Source: Mobula hypostoma
Lineage: Eukaryota
Direction: 5' to 3'
NCBI RefSeq assembly: GCF_963921235.1
Contig: NC_086108.1
Location: 43,836,001 to 43,900,000 of the forward strand
DNA length: 64,000 bases
The notes under the pieces were generated by a model. The model saw only the letters and a program-made list of their open reading frames with translations, did not search any database and was not told where the DNA came from. The position numbers and the translations under genes were made by a program. Of this stretch, positions 13,120-25,504 are shown piece after piece (within the stretch, counting starts at the first letter, position 1; every line of letters begins with the position of its first letter).

Positions 13120-14871
13120 TGTAACACCCTGGGAAAGGTTTCACTGCTAATGTAATGGTCTTTCTGTAGAAGCAGTGTTTGGGTTATGGCTAGAGATAAC
13201 CGGGCTTTGGAATGTGTGCTGTCCAATGAAGGGCGTGTTTTTTTTCTTGTTGTGTGCCTGAGACGGAGGTGACCTAGGCCTATTGTTCGGCCAGAGGCGA
13301 GGAGAGAAGACGCATAAAAGGGGAGGTGATAAGACAACAGGACGGAGTGGACTTGGAGTAGGGCCGGGAGTTGATGAAGCCCCAGGGAGATCGATGGAGG
13401 ACCAACGAAAGGGAAACTGTGAGCTCTAATGTGCACATTAGACTGTTACATTAAAGTGGGCCTTTTTCTTTTATAACCCTTTAGTCAAATTAATTATAAA
13501 GCTAATCGTTTAATTGCATATGGTGTACTGTCTGTTATTTTGTGGTACTGATTTGTAACGGGGGAACAGATCACATAGCATCCACACAAAAAAAGAGGTT
13601 TTGCACCTCAGATTTCACATCCCAGAGACTGTCTTGCCCAGACTAACGCCACCGGCTGAATCTGAGGGTTACAATTGTGGGGGCTCGACTGGGATAGATT
13701 CTGTTGTATGCTGTGTGATTGCCCTGAACATTGAACCACTGGGTTGTGTGTTTAAGTCTGTGCTAGCATAGATGCTGCTGGGTTTGAGCGGTGGTGTGTA
13801 TCTATGGGGTTAACAGTAAGAAATGCGTGCATGTTGAGTGGGCTAGATAGTCGTACTCCGGATGAATTGTTAATTCGCCTGTTAAGTACTGTTAAAGTTG
13901 TCGGCAAAGTCATGATTGCGGGGCGGAAGTTTCATAAAATGGCGGGCACAGACCTTGTTTTAGTTTAGACTAGCGCTGATGTAATGGGAGTGGAACTGCC
14001 TGGTACTATTGGGGCCCCAGGTGAGTGGGGTGCTGTGGACTGTCCATACTTTCCGGGAGGAGGAGAGCATAGCGGAACATGACGAATCGCAAGTCGAGTC
14101 TCCCACAGCAGGGGGCGGAGACTTCAAAGACAGGGTTCTCTCGTTTCTGTGGAGTGAGGGGAAGGAGTGGTCGGATTTGGAATGTCTAATTAGTCCCCAT
14201 TACCCAGTGACAAGTGACAGCTGAGTGAGTATCAGCCCTTACCTCTCTGGCGAATACGTGCACAGGCAGAGGGTCCTAATTATTGGAAGCTAAGCATATT
14301 CTTTGGAATAATGCCCACCCCCAAGGGGGAAGAGGAGTATGAGACTTGGGCAGAGCAGACCCCTCAGTTGTTAGATGAGTGGCAGTGCTCTGATGACGTA
14401 AAGAGACTTTGTGAGCTGTCCAATGAAGGGAGTGTTTTTTTTCTTGTGTGCCTGAGACCGAGGTGATCTGGGTCTTTTGTTCGGAAAGAGATGAAGAGAG
14501 AAGATGTGTAAAAGGGGAGGTCGTAGACAGCAGGACGGATTGGACGGAGTGGGACCGGGAGTCAATGAAGCCCCAGGGAAATCGATGGAGGACCAATGGA
14601 AGGGAAACTATGAGCTCCAATGTGCACATTAGACTGTTTCACTAAAATGGGCCCTTTTTTTTTTGATTTTCTTTAATATCCCTTTAGTCAAATTAAGAAC
14701 TATAAAGCTAAATCGTTTAATTGTATATGGTGTACTGTGCGTTATTCCATGGCACTGATTTGTAACGGGAGTACAGATCACACAGCATCCACACAAACAA
14801 GAGGTCTTGCACCTCAGATTTCACAAGTCTGGTGGGCCAGAGACTGTTGCCGGCCGAACCTGAGGGTTACC
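13120..14871 (+). mobile_element. Internally deleted Gypsy LTR retrotransposon with PNMA-like gag
   Basis: 5' LTR TGTAAC..GTTACA at 13120-13673. PBS TGGGGGCTCGACTGGGAT at 13678-13695 (tRNA-Pro-like, 2 mismatches). Gag remnants ERWCVSMGL..NACMLSGL and LSIF.GIMPTPKGEEEYETWAEQ. 5'-truncated 3' LTR at ~14410-14871. TSD TTAT at 13116-13119 and 14872-14875. Confidence 0.9.
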
Positions 14872-15502
14872 TTATCAACTGCGGACATTTGTTAAACTAA
14901 AGAATAAGTAAGTACATTATTAAGACTGTATTAATGATTATGTGTGTGGAAGATGGAAAAGCAAATTTGATGTGTGAAAACAAGAGGGTAAACTTAGTGA
15001 GGGGTTTCAATTACCCTAACATCGATAGAGATGCAAAGGTACTGAGGACTAAGTTGTATTCAGGAGAACATTTAGTCAGAATGTGACAAGCACAAGAAGA
15101 ACAAGGTAGTGGAATGAATTTTGAGAGACACTTTAAACTTCATTGAGAAAGGCACTGTTTAATCAAAGAGAGTCAGTATAAAAAAAAAATTTTGAGGAGA
15201 TATGAAGAGGACCGAGGAGCGCTGTGTTTTTGAGACTATCTAAATGGATCTTAGCAAGGTCCCACACGGTGGACTGGTCAAAAAGTAAAATCTCATGCAA
15301 CCCAGGGAACCTCTTGCATTTGGTAACGTACACTATATTCAAGTCTTAAATTTAAATGTCAGGACCAGGACAAAATTATGTCAGCAGCAGAGCCTGTTTT
15401 TTGTATCATCAACTGTCAATGCCATTTCAACATAAGGAAACGCGATATACAAAACATTTTAGCAGTTTGAGACAGGTAGAGGAACAGATGGAACTTTTAA
15501 TT

Positions 15503-15624
15503 CAAACAACAGGAATTCTGCAGATGCTGGAAATTCAAGCAACATACATCAAAGTTGCTGGTGAACGCAGCAGGCCAAGCAGCATCTATAGGAAGAGGCG
15601 CAGTCGACGTTTCAGGCCGAGACC
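15503..15624 (-). mobile_element. Short PLE terminus insertion
   Basis: PLE end sequence flanked by the 9-bp duplication CTTTTAATT (15494-15502, 15625-15633). Confidence 0.85.
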
Positions 15625-16729
15625 CTTTTAATTGTATGTCCACAGATATTTAAAGACTGAAAAATAGGTGGATTAAGTGGTTATAATGATATTTCCTTTA
15701 TTAATTGAGGCATAGAAGAGCAAGCAAATTAACCTAGAAGGGTCTCAGGCTCATAACGTTGACTAATTATTTATTTCCACAGATGCAGCCTGACTTGCTG
15801 AGTTGTTCCAGCATTTTGTATGTGTTGCTTCAAAACTGTACTAGTAAGACTGCAGTTTTCTACAGGCAAGGTGTAACTACACTGAAGTGAAGAGGTGGTT
15901 AATGGGAATGTGACAGGACTGGAGTTTCTTTTAGCATATAGTAATTTTCTTCAAAGGGGAGATTAATAGAAAGTCTCTATTTCCTTTATCAACCGAGTCA
16001 AAAACTAGAGAGCTTAGATTCCAGAGACCATCAAGTTAGAGAAGATACAAGAAAAATCATTTGCACTAAAAAAAACAGTTGTGATGTGGAATTAATTGCC
16101 TGAAAGGATGATAGAAGCAAAATCAGTTTTCAATTTAAATAATACTTTGATATGCACTTGACCTACAGGGCTATACAGATCTAATGCTGGAAGATGTAAA
16201 CAGGCAGTGTTCCTTCTTTTACAACCACTATGGACATGAAGGAACAAATGATCCTATGATCTTAAGCTCTGCTTCAGATCCTTGATTAGAAATCATAGAA
16301 ATGCCATATTCAGTAAAATGCTACATAGCTGTAAATAATGGCCTTGAGATGAGATATTATAGCAAAATCTGGTCTACTTTTCCAAATGCAAAAAGTACTG
16401 CACAGTTTGAAGAACCGGAGTGTCGCAGTGTATTTAGACAACTCTCAACCAATATCACTGCAATAATTGAACAGTTCTCTCAGCTTTATTCGTAGAATTA
16501 TCACACTTCATGAACTGATTGCTTTATTTGTCAAATCTACTATTGACCGCACATCAGTTAAGGAATTTGGGCAAACACATGACAGTACATATAAGCAAAA
16601 TGTTTTTCTTTCCTTTCACTTCCTTTTATCAGCAGAAGTAAGCATTATTTCCCATTGGATAATGAGCTTCTATATTACCTCTCTACTGTAATCTATGAAT
16701 ACATTCTTGAAGCAAAATATACAGTACAT

Positions 16730-19290
16730 TACAATCTGGAGAAGTACAGCACAGAAACAGGCCATTCAGCACATCTAGTCCATGCCAAAACCATTTAAAC
16801 TGTCTATTCTCATCAACCTGCATGGGGGCCATAGCCTTCCATACCCCTACCATCCATGTACTTATCCAAACTTCTCTTAAATGTTGAAATTGTGTTTGCA
16901 TGCACCATTTACGGAGACCAACATCCGGTGCTGCTGGCAGATCATCAACTCGGTGAAAGACGCTCTTTGGTCGGCCCGAAACTTGATGATCTACCAGCAC
17001 ATGGAGATGTCCGTGGGAGAATGCTGCCGACTGGCACATTCTCGGCTGCAGGAGTATGTGCTGAGGGACGCACTGAAACTCGGTGCAGCCACTGCAAGGG
17101 CCCGGTGGGGAAGGACCACAGTATAGGTTTCTCCACCCGTGGGAGTGGGAGGGGTCGGTGGGCGAGGAGTATACCCCTCAACAATGATATGGTAAGCTGA
17201 ACTACTGGAGTGCCACGTGGGGTGGCTATAAATACGGATATGTACTGACTATAATGGAAACATATGTAAAGGATGAAAAGTTATTGTATGGTTTATTGTA
17301 TATATTTATTTTTGAATAAAGTATATTTTGAAATAAAAAAAAATTGTGCTGGCAGCTCACTCCACACTCTCACAACCCTCTGAATGAAGACGATTCCCCT
17401 CATGTTCCCCTTAAACTTTTCACCTTTCACCCTCAACCCATGACCTCTGGCTGTAGCCCCACCAACCTTAGTGGAAAAAGCCTGCTATACCCCTCTTAAT
17501 ATTGTATACCTCTATCAAATCTCCCCTTAATCTTCTATGTTCCAAGGAATACAGTACTAACTTTCTCAATCTTTCTTTATAAATCAGCTCCTCCAGACCC
17601 AGCCATATCTTCGTAAATATTATCTGTACTCTTTCAGCTTTGTTTACGTCTTTCCCGTAGGTAGGTGACCAAAGCTTCACACAATACTTCAAATTCGGCC
17701 TCACCAATATCTTATACAACTTCAACATAATGTTCCACCTCCTGTACTCAATACATTGATTTATAAAGCTCAATGTGCCAAACACTTTCTTTCTGACCTT
17801 ATCTATCTGTGACACCACTTTCAACGAATTATGGACCTGTATTCCCAGATCCCTTTGTTCTACCACATTCCTTGGTGCCCTACCGTTCACAGTGTAAGAC
17901 CTATCCCCGTTGATCCTACCAAAGTACAAAACGTCAAATTTGTCTGCATTAAATTTCATCTGCCATTTTTCAGCCCATTTTTCCAGCTGATGCAGATCTC
18001 TCTGCAAGCAATAACAGCTGCCCTTGCTGTCCACTATATCCGTAAATTTGCTGATCCAGTTGACTACCTTATCACCCAGATCATTGATACAGATGACCAG
18101 CACCAATTCCCGAGGCACACCACTAATCATAGGCCTCCAGTCAGAGAGGCAACCCTCTACTACCACCTTTTACAAACTTTGTAGCTTCTCCCACAAAGCC
18201 AATGTCTAAACCAATATAGCTTCTCATCTTGAAAGCCTAGCGGCTATACTTTTTTGACTAGCCTTCCATGCGGGACCATGTCAAATGCCTTGCTAAAGTC
18301 CATACAGATAACATCCACTGTCTTGCCTACATCCACTTTCCTGCTAACTTCCTCGAAAAACTCTATATAAGATTGGTTAGACATGACCTACCACGCACAA
18401 AACCATACTGACTATCCTTCATCAGTCCATGACTATCCAAATATTTATATATCCAGTCCCTTCTAATAACTTTCCCACAAGTAATGTCAGACTCACCGTC
18501 TCCTGGTTATGTTTAGAGCCTGTTTTAAACAGCAGAACAACATTGACTATCCTCTGGTACCTGTCATTAAGGACGATTTAAATATCTCTGCTAGGGGCCC
18601 AACAATTTCTGCACTTGCCTCCCATAGTGACTGAGGGAACACCTTGTTAGGCCCTGGGGATTTATCCACCCTGATTTGCCTCAGGATAGCAAACACCTCC
18701 TCCTCTATATCTGTAAAGGCTTCATGAAGTTGATGCCGCTTTGCCTCACCTACAAGACTCTGTGCCCATCTCCTAAGTAAACACAAATGCAAAAATGTCA
18801 TTTAAGATCTCCCCCACCTCTTTTGGCTCCACTTATAGATGACCATTCTGATCTTCCAGAGGGCCAATTTTGACCCTTGCACTCCTCTTGCTCTTCACAT
18901 ATCTGTAGACGCCCTTAGGATTCTCCTTCACTTTGTCTGCTAGGGCAACCTCTTGCATTCTTTTTGTCCTGATTTCTCTAAGTGCTTTCTTGCATTTCTT
19001 ATACTCCATAAGTACTTCATTTATTCCTACCTGCCTATACCTGCTTTGCACCTCCTTTTTTCTCTTAACCAGGGACTCAATATCTCTTGAAAACTAAGGT
19101 TCCCTGAACTTGTTCTCCTTATCATTTATTCTGTTAGGCACATACAAGCTTTGTACTCTTGAAGTTTCGCTTTTGAGGGCTTCCCACTTATCAAATACAC
19201 CTTCGCCAGAAAACAGCCTGTCCCAATCCACAGTTGCCAGATTATTTCTGATACCATCAAAATTGGCCTTACTCCAATTTTAGAATCTCA
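16730..19290 (-). mobile_element. CR1 LINE, 5'-truncated and decayed, interrupted by a Tx1-like fragment
   Basis: ORFs 17468-18166 (SGVP..LEKWAEKWQMKFNADK..EQRDLG..RLRGDLIEVY), 18547-18801 (DKSPGP) and 18833-19051 (KVKENPK). Confidence 0.92.
16912..17343 (+). mobile_element. Tx1/L1-clade LINE 3' end with poly(A)
   Basis: Peptide TETNIRCCWQIINSVKDALWSARNLMIYQH...RLQEYVLRD resembles a Tx1 ORF2 C-terminus. It is followed by AATAAA and an A-tail at ~17335-17343 and splits the CR1 3' end. Confidence 0.75.
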
Positions 19291-19869
19291 AAATTATATT
19301 ACTGAAATCTTCAATACAGATCAATACCGAGTGCTTCATATTACTAATTAAGAAAGTGGAAGTGTCAAACAGCTGCAATTTCAACACACAAAAATTACTG
19401 TAACAAGGAAGAATTATTTTCTCCGAAACAATTCTGACAGATATGATCCAGGGTTCTCTTCCACATCTTAGCCTTCATCATCTGATGAATGCCCTGATAA
19501 GAGAGAACACCAGACTGATGAAAAACCAACAAAGGTGTTTCCTGTTATGATAGTAAAAAGACATAACACTTCGTCAAAAGAAAATGCGTTTCCTTTCCAA
19601 TGAGTTTTGATAATCCTTTATACAGTTTCATTACCTAGAAACAGAAATGCACAATATAATGTTTTGAATTCTGGTACAGTAGCATTATTGTTATTTATTT
19701 TCCATTAATTCATATTTTACTTATCCTCATATTACACTACAGAGGCCATTTGGCTATCAGGTCAATGGTAGTTTCCACCAGAGTTTTCCCATCAATCCCA
19801 CTCCTTTTTAATTTCTTTGTAATCATGCAACTTCTCTCTCATCTACCCATCAAGCCTCTTTTGACGCTT

Positions 19870-20158
19870 CTATTTATTTATTTATTGGCATGGGTCTGCG
19901 TGTGTGTGCGTCCGTGATGATGTCTTTTTCACGGCTTTTACAAGGTGCAAAGCGACAGGGAGACTGTGTGGCGCGCCACTCCTCACATAGATATTCTCGC
20001 AGTATTTTTCCCCTTTTATTTTACGAGGTCGAGTTGCGATCTTGACACTCAACCTGGCATGGATGGAAAGCGTACTTGGGAGCAGACCCGACTGGTTTCA
20101 AAACCGGGAACCTCCACTCCCGGGTCCGCCGCCGATGTCATTGCGCCACCAGCCGGCC
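19870..20158 (-). mobile_element. tRNA-derived SINE with probable RTE-related body
   Basis: Minus strand starts GGCCGGCTGGTGGCGCAATG (A box) and has GGTTTTGAAACC (degenerate B box). It continues GGTTGAGTGTCAAGATCGCAACTCGACCTCGTAAAA (RTE 5'-UTR-like) and ends in an (AATA)n tail. Confidence 0.7.
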
Positions 20159-20517
20159 CAATCCTTCTACTATTTAACTACAGTAAAACATAATTTATGT
20201 AACACAATTAACTACCAATACATTGTTGAGATGTGCAAGAAAAACAAATGGTTAAGGAGAAAGCATGCATGCCCCAGCATCCACGGTTGGGAAAGATCTG
20301 AATTCCTTGACTTGTTAGGAAGCCGCACCAACTGCTGCACTATGTTGTAGTGAGGAGTCAAGAGTTCAATCTTTTTATGTGGATTTTCTGACCTTTTTTG
20401 TATCCTTAATTATAATTCTACTTATTACTGTTGACAACCAAATAAATTTATATTGGGTTCCATGTTCTGAGTGTGCAGTATAAGAAAGCTCCAGACAGTT
20501 ATGCAGGTTGCACAGGA

Positions 20518-21065
20518 AGGCATTTTTGGTCTCCAAATTTGAGGAAGGACATTCTTGCTATTGAGGGAGGGCAGCGTAGGTTCATAAGTTTAATTCCCGG
20601 GATGGCAGGACTGTCATATGTCGAAAGATTGGAGCAACTGGGCTTGTATACTCTGGAATTTAGACGGCTGAGAGGGGATCTTATTGAAACGTCTAAGATT
20701 ATTAAGGGATTGGACACGATGCAGGCAGGAAGCATGTTCCCACTGATGGGTGAGTCCAGAACCAGAGGCCCACAGTTTAAGAATAAGGGGTAGGCCATTT
20801 AGAACGGAGTTGAGGAAAAACTTTTTCACCCAGAGAGTGGTGGATATATGGAATGCTCTGCCCCAGAAGGCTGTGGAGGCCAAGTCTCTGGATGCTTTCA
20901 AAAAAGAGATGGATAGAGCTCTTAAAGATAGTAGAATCAAAGGTTATGGGGATAAGGCAGGAACTGGATACTGATAGTGGATGATCAGCCATGATCACAG
21001 TGAATGGTGGTGCTGGCTCGAAGGGCCGAATGGCCTACTCCTGCACCTATTGTCTATTGTCTATT
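20518..21065 (+). mobile_element. CR1 LINE 3' fragment
   Basis: WSPNLRKDILAIEGGQRRF..RLRGDLIE and FFTQRVVDIWNALP peptides, with a (CTATTGT)n tail. Confidence 0.93.
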
Positions 21066-21594
21066 TTAGTGTCACTATTGATAATCCAATAGAAACTTGC
21101 CACTAACAAATATGTTACCATCAAAGCCCAGGATTCATGTTGACAAGTATAAAATTACAAACTCAAAATGCTATAACCATATCTGAAGCAAATCATCTAA
21201 ATTTCAGAGGAAAACAAAGCAGTCAAGATTTCAATGCAAAGAAAGAAGCAAAAAATAGGAATGCAGATAAGAGGAGATGGTTTGAAATGCAGGTCAAATG
21301 AATCACTTCTACCAAAATGGCTGGTGCTGCATTTCTGGCATAAAACGTTTAGTGGAGAACAGATTGAATGTTTCAACATAAAAATCAGGAAGTGTAGGTC
21401 ATATGATTACTCAAGTCTACTCTGCTATTCAATAGATCAAGAATTATCTAACCTTGGACTCAGCTCTATTTTTCTACATGTTCTCCATAGTCCTCAATCT
21501 CCCTTTGGGCTGTAAAATCTGCCCAACTCAACCTTGTTAGCATCCCCAATTTTAATAACATCGAAAGATTCACAATGCTCTGAATCTCAGTGTC

Positions 21595-24520
21595 TACAGA
21601 GAGGCTTCGAGGAAAGAGAAGCAGAATAAATGGTGTAAAGACAGTAAGGTAGAAGGGCTGAAGTGTGTGTACCTCAATGCAAGAAGCATCAGGAACAAAG
21701 GTGATGAACTGAGAGCTTGGATACATACATGGAATTATGATGTAGTGGCCATTACAGAGACTTGGCTGGCACTAGGGCAGGAATGGATTCTCAATATTCC
21801 TGGATTTCAGTGCTTTAAAAGGGATAGAGAGGGCGGAAAAAGGGGAGGAGGGGTGGCATTACCGGTCAGGGATACTATTATAGTTACAGAAAGGGTGGGT
21901 AATGTAGCAGGATCCTCTTTTGAGTCAGTATGGGTGGAAGTCAGGAACAGGAAGGGAGCAGTTACTCTACTGGGGGTATTCTATAGGCCCCCTGGTAGCA
22001 GCAGAGATACAGAGGAGCAGATTGGGAGGCAGATTTTGGAAAGGTGCAAAAATAACAGGGTTGTTATCATGGGTGACTTTAACTTCCTTAATATTCATTG
22101 GCACCTGATTAGATCCAAGGGTTTAGATGGGGCAGAATTTGTTAAGTGTGTCCAGGATGGATTCCTGTCACAGTATGTGGACAGGCCGACCAGGGAAAAT
22201 GCCATACTAGATCTAGTACTAGGTAATGAACCGGGTCAGGTCACAGATCTCTCAGTGGGTGAGCATCTGGGGGACAGTGACCACCGCTCCCTGGCCTTTA
22301 TAATTATCATGGAAAAGGACAGAATCAAAGAGGACAGGAAAATTTTTAATTGGGGAAAGGCAAATTATGAGGCTATAAGGCTAGAACTTGCGGGTGTGAA
22401 TTGGGATGATGTTTTTGCAGGGAAATGTACTATGGACATGTGGTCGATGTTTAGAGATCTCTTGCGGGATGTAAGGGATAAATTTGTCCCGGTGAGGAAG
22501 GTAAAGAATGGTAGGGTGAAGGAACCATGGGTGACAAGTGAGGTGGAAAATCTAGTCAGGAGGAAGAAGGCAGCATACATGAGGTTTAGGAAGCAAGGAT
22601 CAGATGGGTCTATTGAGGAATATAGGGAAGCAAGAAAGGAGCTTAACAAGGGGCTGAGAAGAGCAAGAAGGGGGCACGAGAAGGCCTTGGCGAGTAGGGT
22701 AAAGGAAAACCCCAAGGCATTCTTCAATTATGTGAAGAAGAAAAGGATGACAGGAGTGAAGGTAGGACCGATTAGAGATAAAGGTGGGAAGATGTGCCTG
22801 GAGGTTCTGGAAGTGAGCGAGGTCCTCAATGAATACTTCTCTTCGGTATTCACCAATGAGAGGGAACTTGATGATGGTGAGGACAATATGAGTGAGGTTG
22901 ATGTTCTGGAGCATGCTGATATTAAGGGAGAGGAGGTGTTGGAGTTGTTAAAATACATTAGGACGGATAAGTCCCCGGGGCCTGACGGAATATTCCCCAG
23001 GCTGCTCCACGAGGCGAGAGAAGAGATTGCTGAGCCTCTGGCTAGGATCTTTATGTCCTCGTTGTCCACGGGAATGGTACCAGAGGATTGGAGGGAGGCG
23101 AATGTTGTTTCCTTGTTCAAAAAAGGTAGTAGGGATAGTCCGGGTAATTATAGACCAGTGAGCCTTACGTCTGTGGTGGGAAAACTGTTGGAAAAGATTC
23201 TTAGAGATAGGATCTATAGGCATTTAGAGAATCATGGTCTGATCAGGGACAGTCAGCATGGCTTTGTGAGGGGCAGATCGTGTCTAACAAGCCTGATAGA
23301 GTTCTTTGAGGAGGTGAGCAGGCATATAGATGAGGGTAGTGCAGTGGATGTGATCTATATGGATTTTAGTAAGGCATTTGACAAGGTTCCACACGGTAGG
23401 CTTATTCAGAAAGTTAGAAGGCATGGAATCCAGGGAAGTTTGGCCAGGTGGATTCAGAATTGGCTTGCTTGCAGAAGGCAGGGGGTGGTGGTGGAGGGAG
23501 TACATTCAGATTGGAGGATTGTGACTAGTGGTGTCCCACAAGGATCTGTTCTGGGACCTCTACTTTTCGTGACTTTTATTAACGACCTGGATGTGGGGGT
23601 AGAAGGGGGGGTTGGCAAGTTTGCAGATGACACAAAGGTTGGTGGTGTTGTAGATAGTGTAGAGGATTGTCAAAGATTGCAGGGAGACATTGATAGGTTG
23701 CAGAAGTGGGCTGAGAAGTGGCAGATGGAGTTCAACCCGGAGAAGTGTGAGGTGGTACACTTTGGAAGGACAAACTCCAAGGCAGAGTACAAAGTAAATG
23801 GCAGGATACTTGGTAGTGTGGAGGAGCAGAGGGATCTCAGGGTACGTGTCCACAGATCCCTGAAAGTTGCCTCACAGGTGGATAGGGTAGTTAAGAAAGC
23901 TTATGGTGTGTTAGCTTTCATAAGTCGAGGGATAGAGTTTAAGAGTCGCGATGTAATGATGCAGCTCTATAAAACTCTGGTTAGGCCACACTTGGGAGTA
24001 CTGTGTCCAGTTCTGGTCACCTCACTATAGGAAGGATGTGGAAGCATTGGAAAGGGTACAGAGGAGATTTACCAGGATGCTGCCTGGTTTAGAAAGTATG
24101 CATTATGATCGGAGATTAAGGGAGCTAGGGCTTTACTCTTTGGAGAGAAGGAGGATAAGAGGAGATATGACAGAGGTGTACAAGATAATAAGAGGAATAG
24201 ATAGATAGATAGAGAGCCAGCACCTCTTCCCCAGGGCACCACTGCTCAATACAAGAGGACATGGCTTTAAGGTAAGGGGTGGGAAGTTCAAGGGGGATAT
24301 TAGAGGAAGGTTTTTTACTCAGAGAGTGGTTGGTGCATGGAATGCACTGCCAGAGTCAGTGGTGGAGGCAGATACACTAGTGAAGTTTAAGAGACTACTA
24401 GACAGGTATATGGAGGAATCTAAGGTGGGAGCTTACATGGGAGGCAGGGTTTGAGGGTCGGCACAACATTGTGAGCCGAAGGGCCTGTACTGTGCTGTAC
24501 TATTCTATGTCTATGTCTAT
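21595..24520 (+). mobile_element. Young CR1 LINE with nearly intact ORF2 (APE endonuclease and RT)
   Basis: ORF 21667-24030 (787 aa) contains YLNARSI, AITETWL, GDFNF, SDH, NYRPVSLTS, YMDFSKAFDKVPH, GVPQGSVLGP and KFADDTK. A frameshift lies near 23995 and the element has an attctatgtctatgtctat tail. Confidence 0.97.
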
Positions 24521-24726
24521 TTATCTTTTCAAATCCCCACATAATTTCAAACATTTCAATAAATTACCCATTAATTTATTGAAGCTTTCAAAGAGGCAAC
24601 TAAGAGGATAGATATCGTCTATATGGATTTTAGTACAGCCTTTGACAAGATCCTGCATGGCAGGCTAGTCTGGAAGGTAAGATCGCATAAGATCGAATCA
24701 GAGAAAGCTAATGAGATTTGTACTGG

Positions 24727-24977
24727 TTCGATAACATGAGGAGGAACTTCTTTACTCAGAGAGTGGTAGCTGTGTGGAATGAGCTTCTAGCAGAAGTGGT
24801 TGAGGCAGGCTCGCTGTTGTCATTTAAAGTTAAATTGGATAGTTATATGGACAGGAATGGAATGGAGGGTTATGGGCTGAGTGCAGGTCGGTGGGACTAG
24901 GTAAGAGTAAGAGTTCGGCACGGACTAGAAGGGCCGAGATGGCCTGTTTCCGTGCTGTAATTGTTATATGTTATATG
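24727..24977 (+). mobile_element. CR1 3' fragment nested in an older CR1 (24590-25490)
   Basis: Near-identical to 33697-33952 (RNFFTQRVVAVWNEL...gctgtaattgttatatg tail). Confidence 0.9.
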
Positions 24978-25504
24978 ATAGTAGGAAGCAAGAGTAATGG
25001 TTGAAGGTACTTTCTTGGACTGGACACTTGTTACTGGTAAGGTGCCACAGGGGTCTGTGCTGGGACTTTTTCTGATTGTTACTTATATAAATGATTTGGA
25101 TGTGAATGCACAAGGCATGGTTAGTAAGTCTGTGGGTAAAATAGGTTGTATCGTAGAAAGATAAGGTTATTATCGAAAATTACATGGTGATCCTGATCAG
25201 TTGATAAGTGAGCTGAAGATTGCAAATGGCTTAGAGTATTGTGCACTTGGAGCATGGTGTATAGTTCTAATTGCCCTGTCATAGGAAAGACATAATTAAA
25301 GTGGAAAGAGTTCAGAGAAGATTTATGAGGACATTGGCAGGACTTGAGAGCCTGAGTTATGGAGACGTAATGGGTGGCCTAGAATTTTGTTCCTTGAAAT
25401 ATAGGAGATTGAGGGGTGACCTTATGGAGGTGTATAAAATCATGAGAGGTATAGGAAGGGTGAATGCACCTAGACCTTTTTCCGAGGTTCAACACAATCA
25501 CCCT

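Noticed and set aside
20085..20158. tRNA-like sequence
   Set aside because: It has a degenerate B box and no convincing cloverleaf, and it continues into a SINE body and tail. It is a SINE head, not a tRNA gene.
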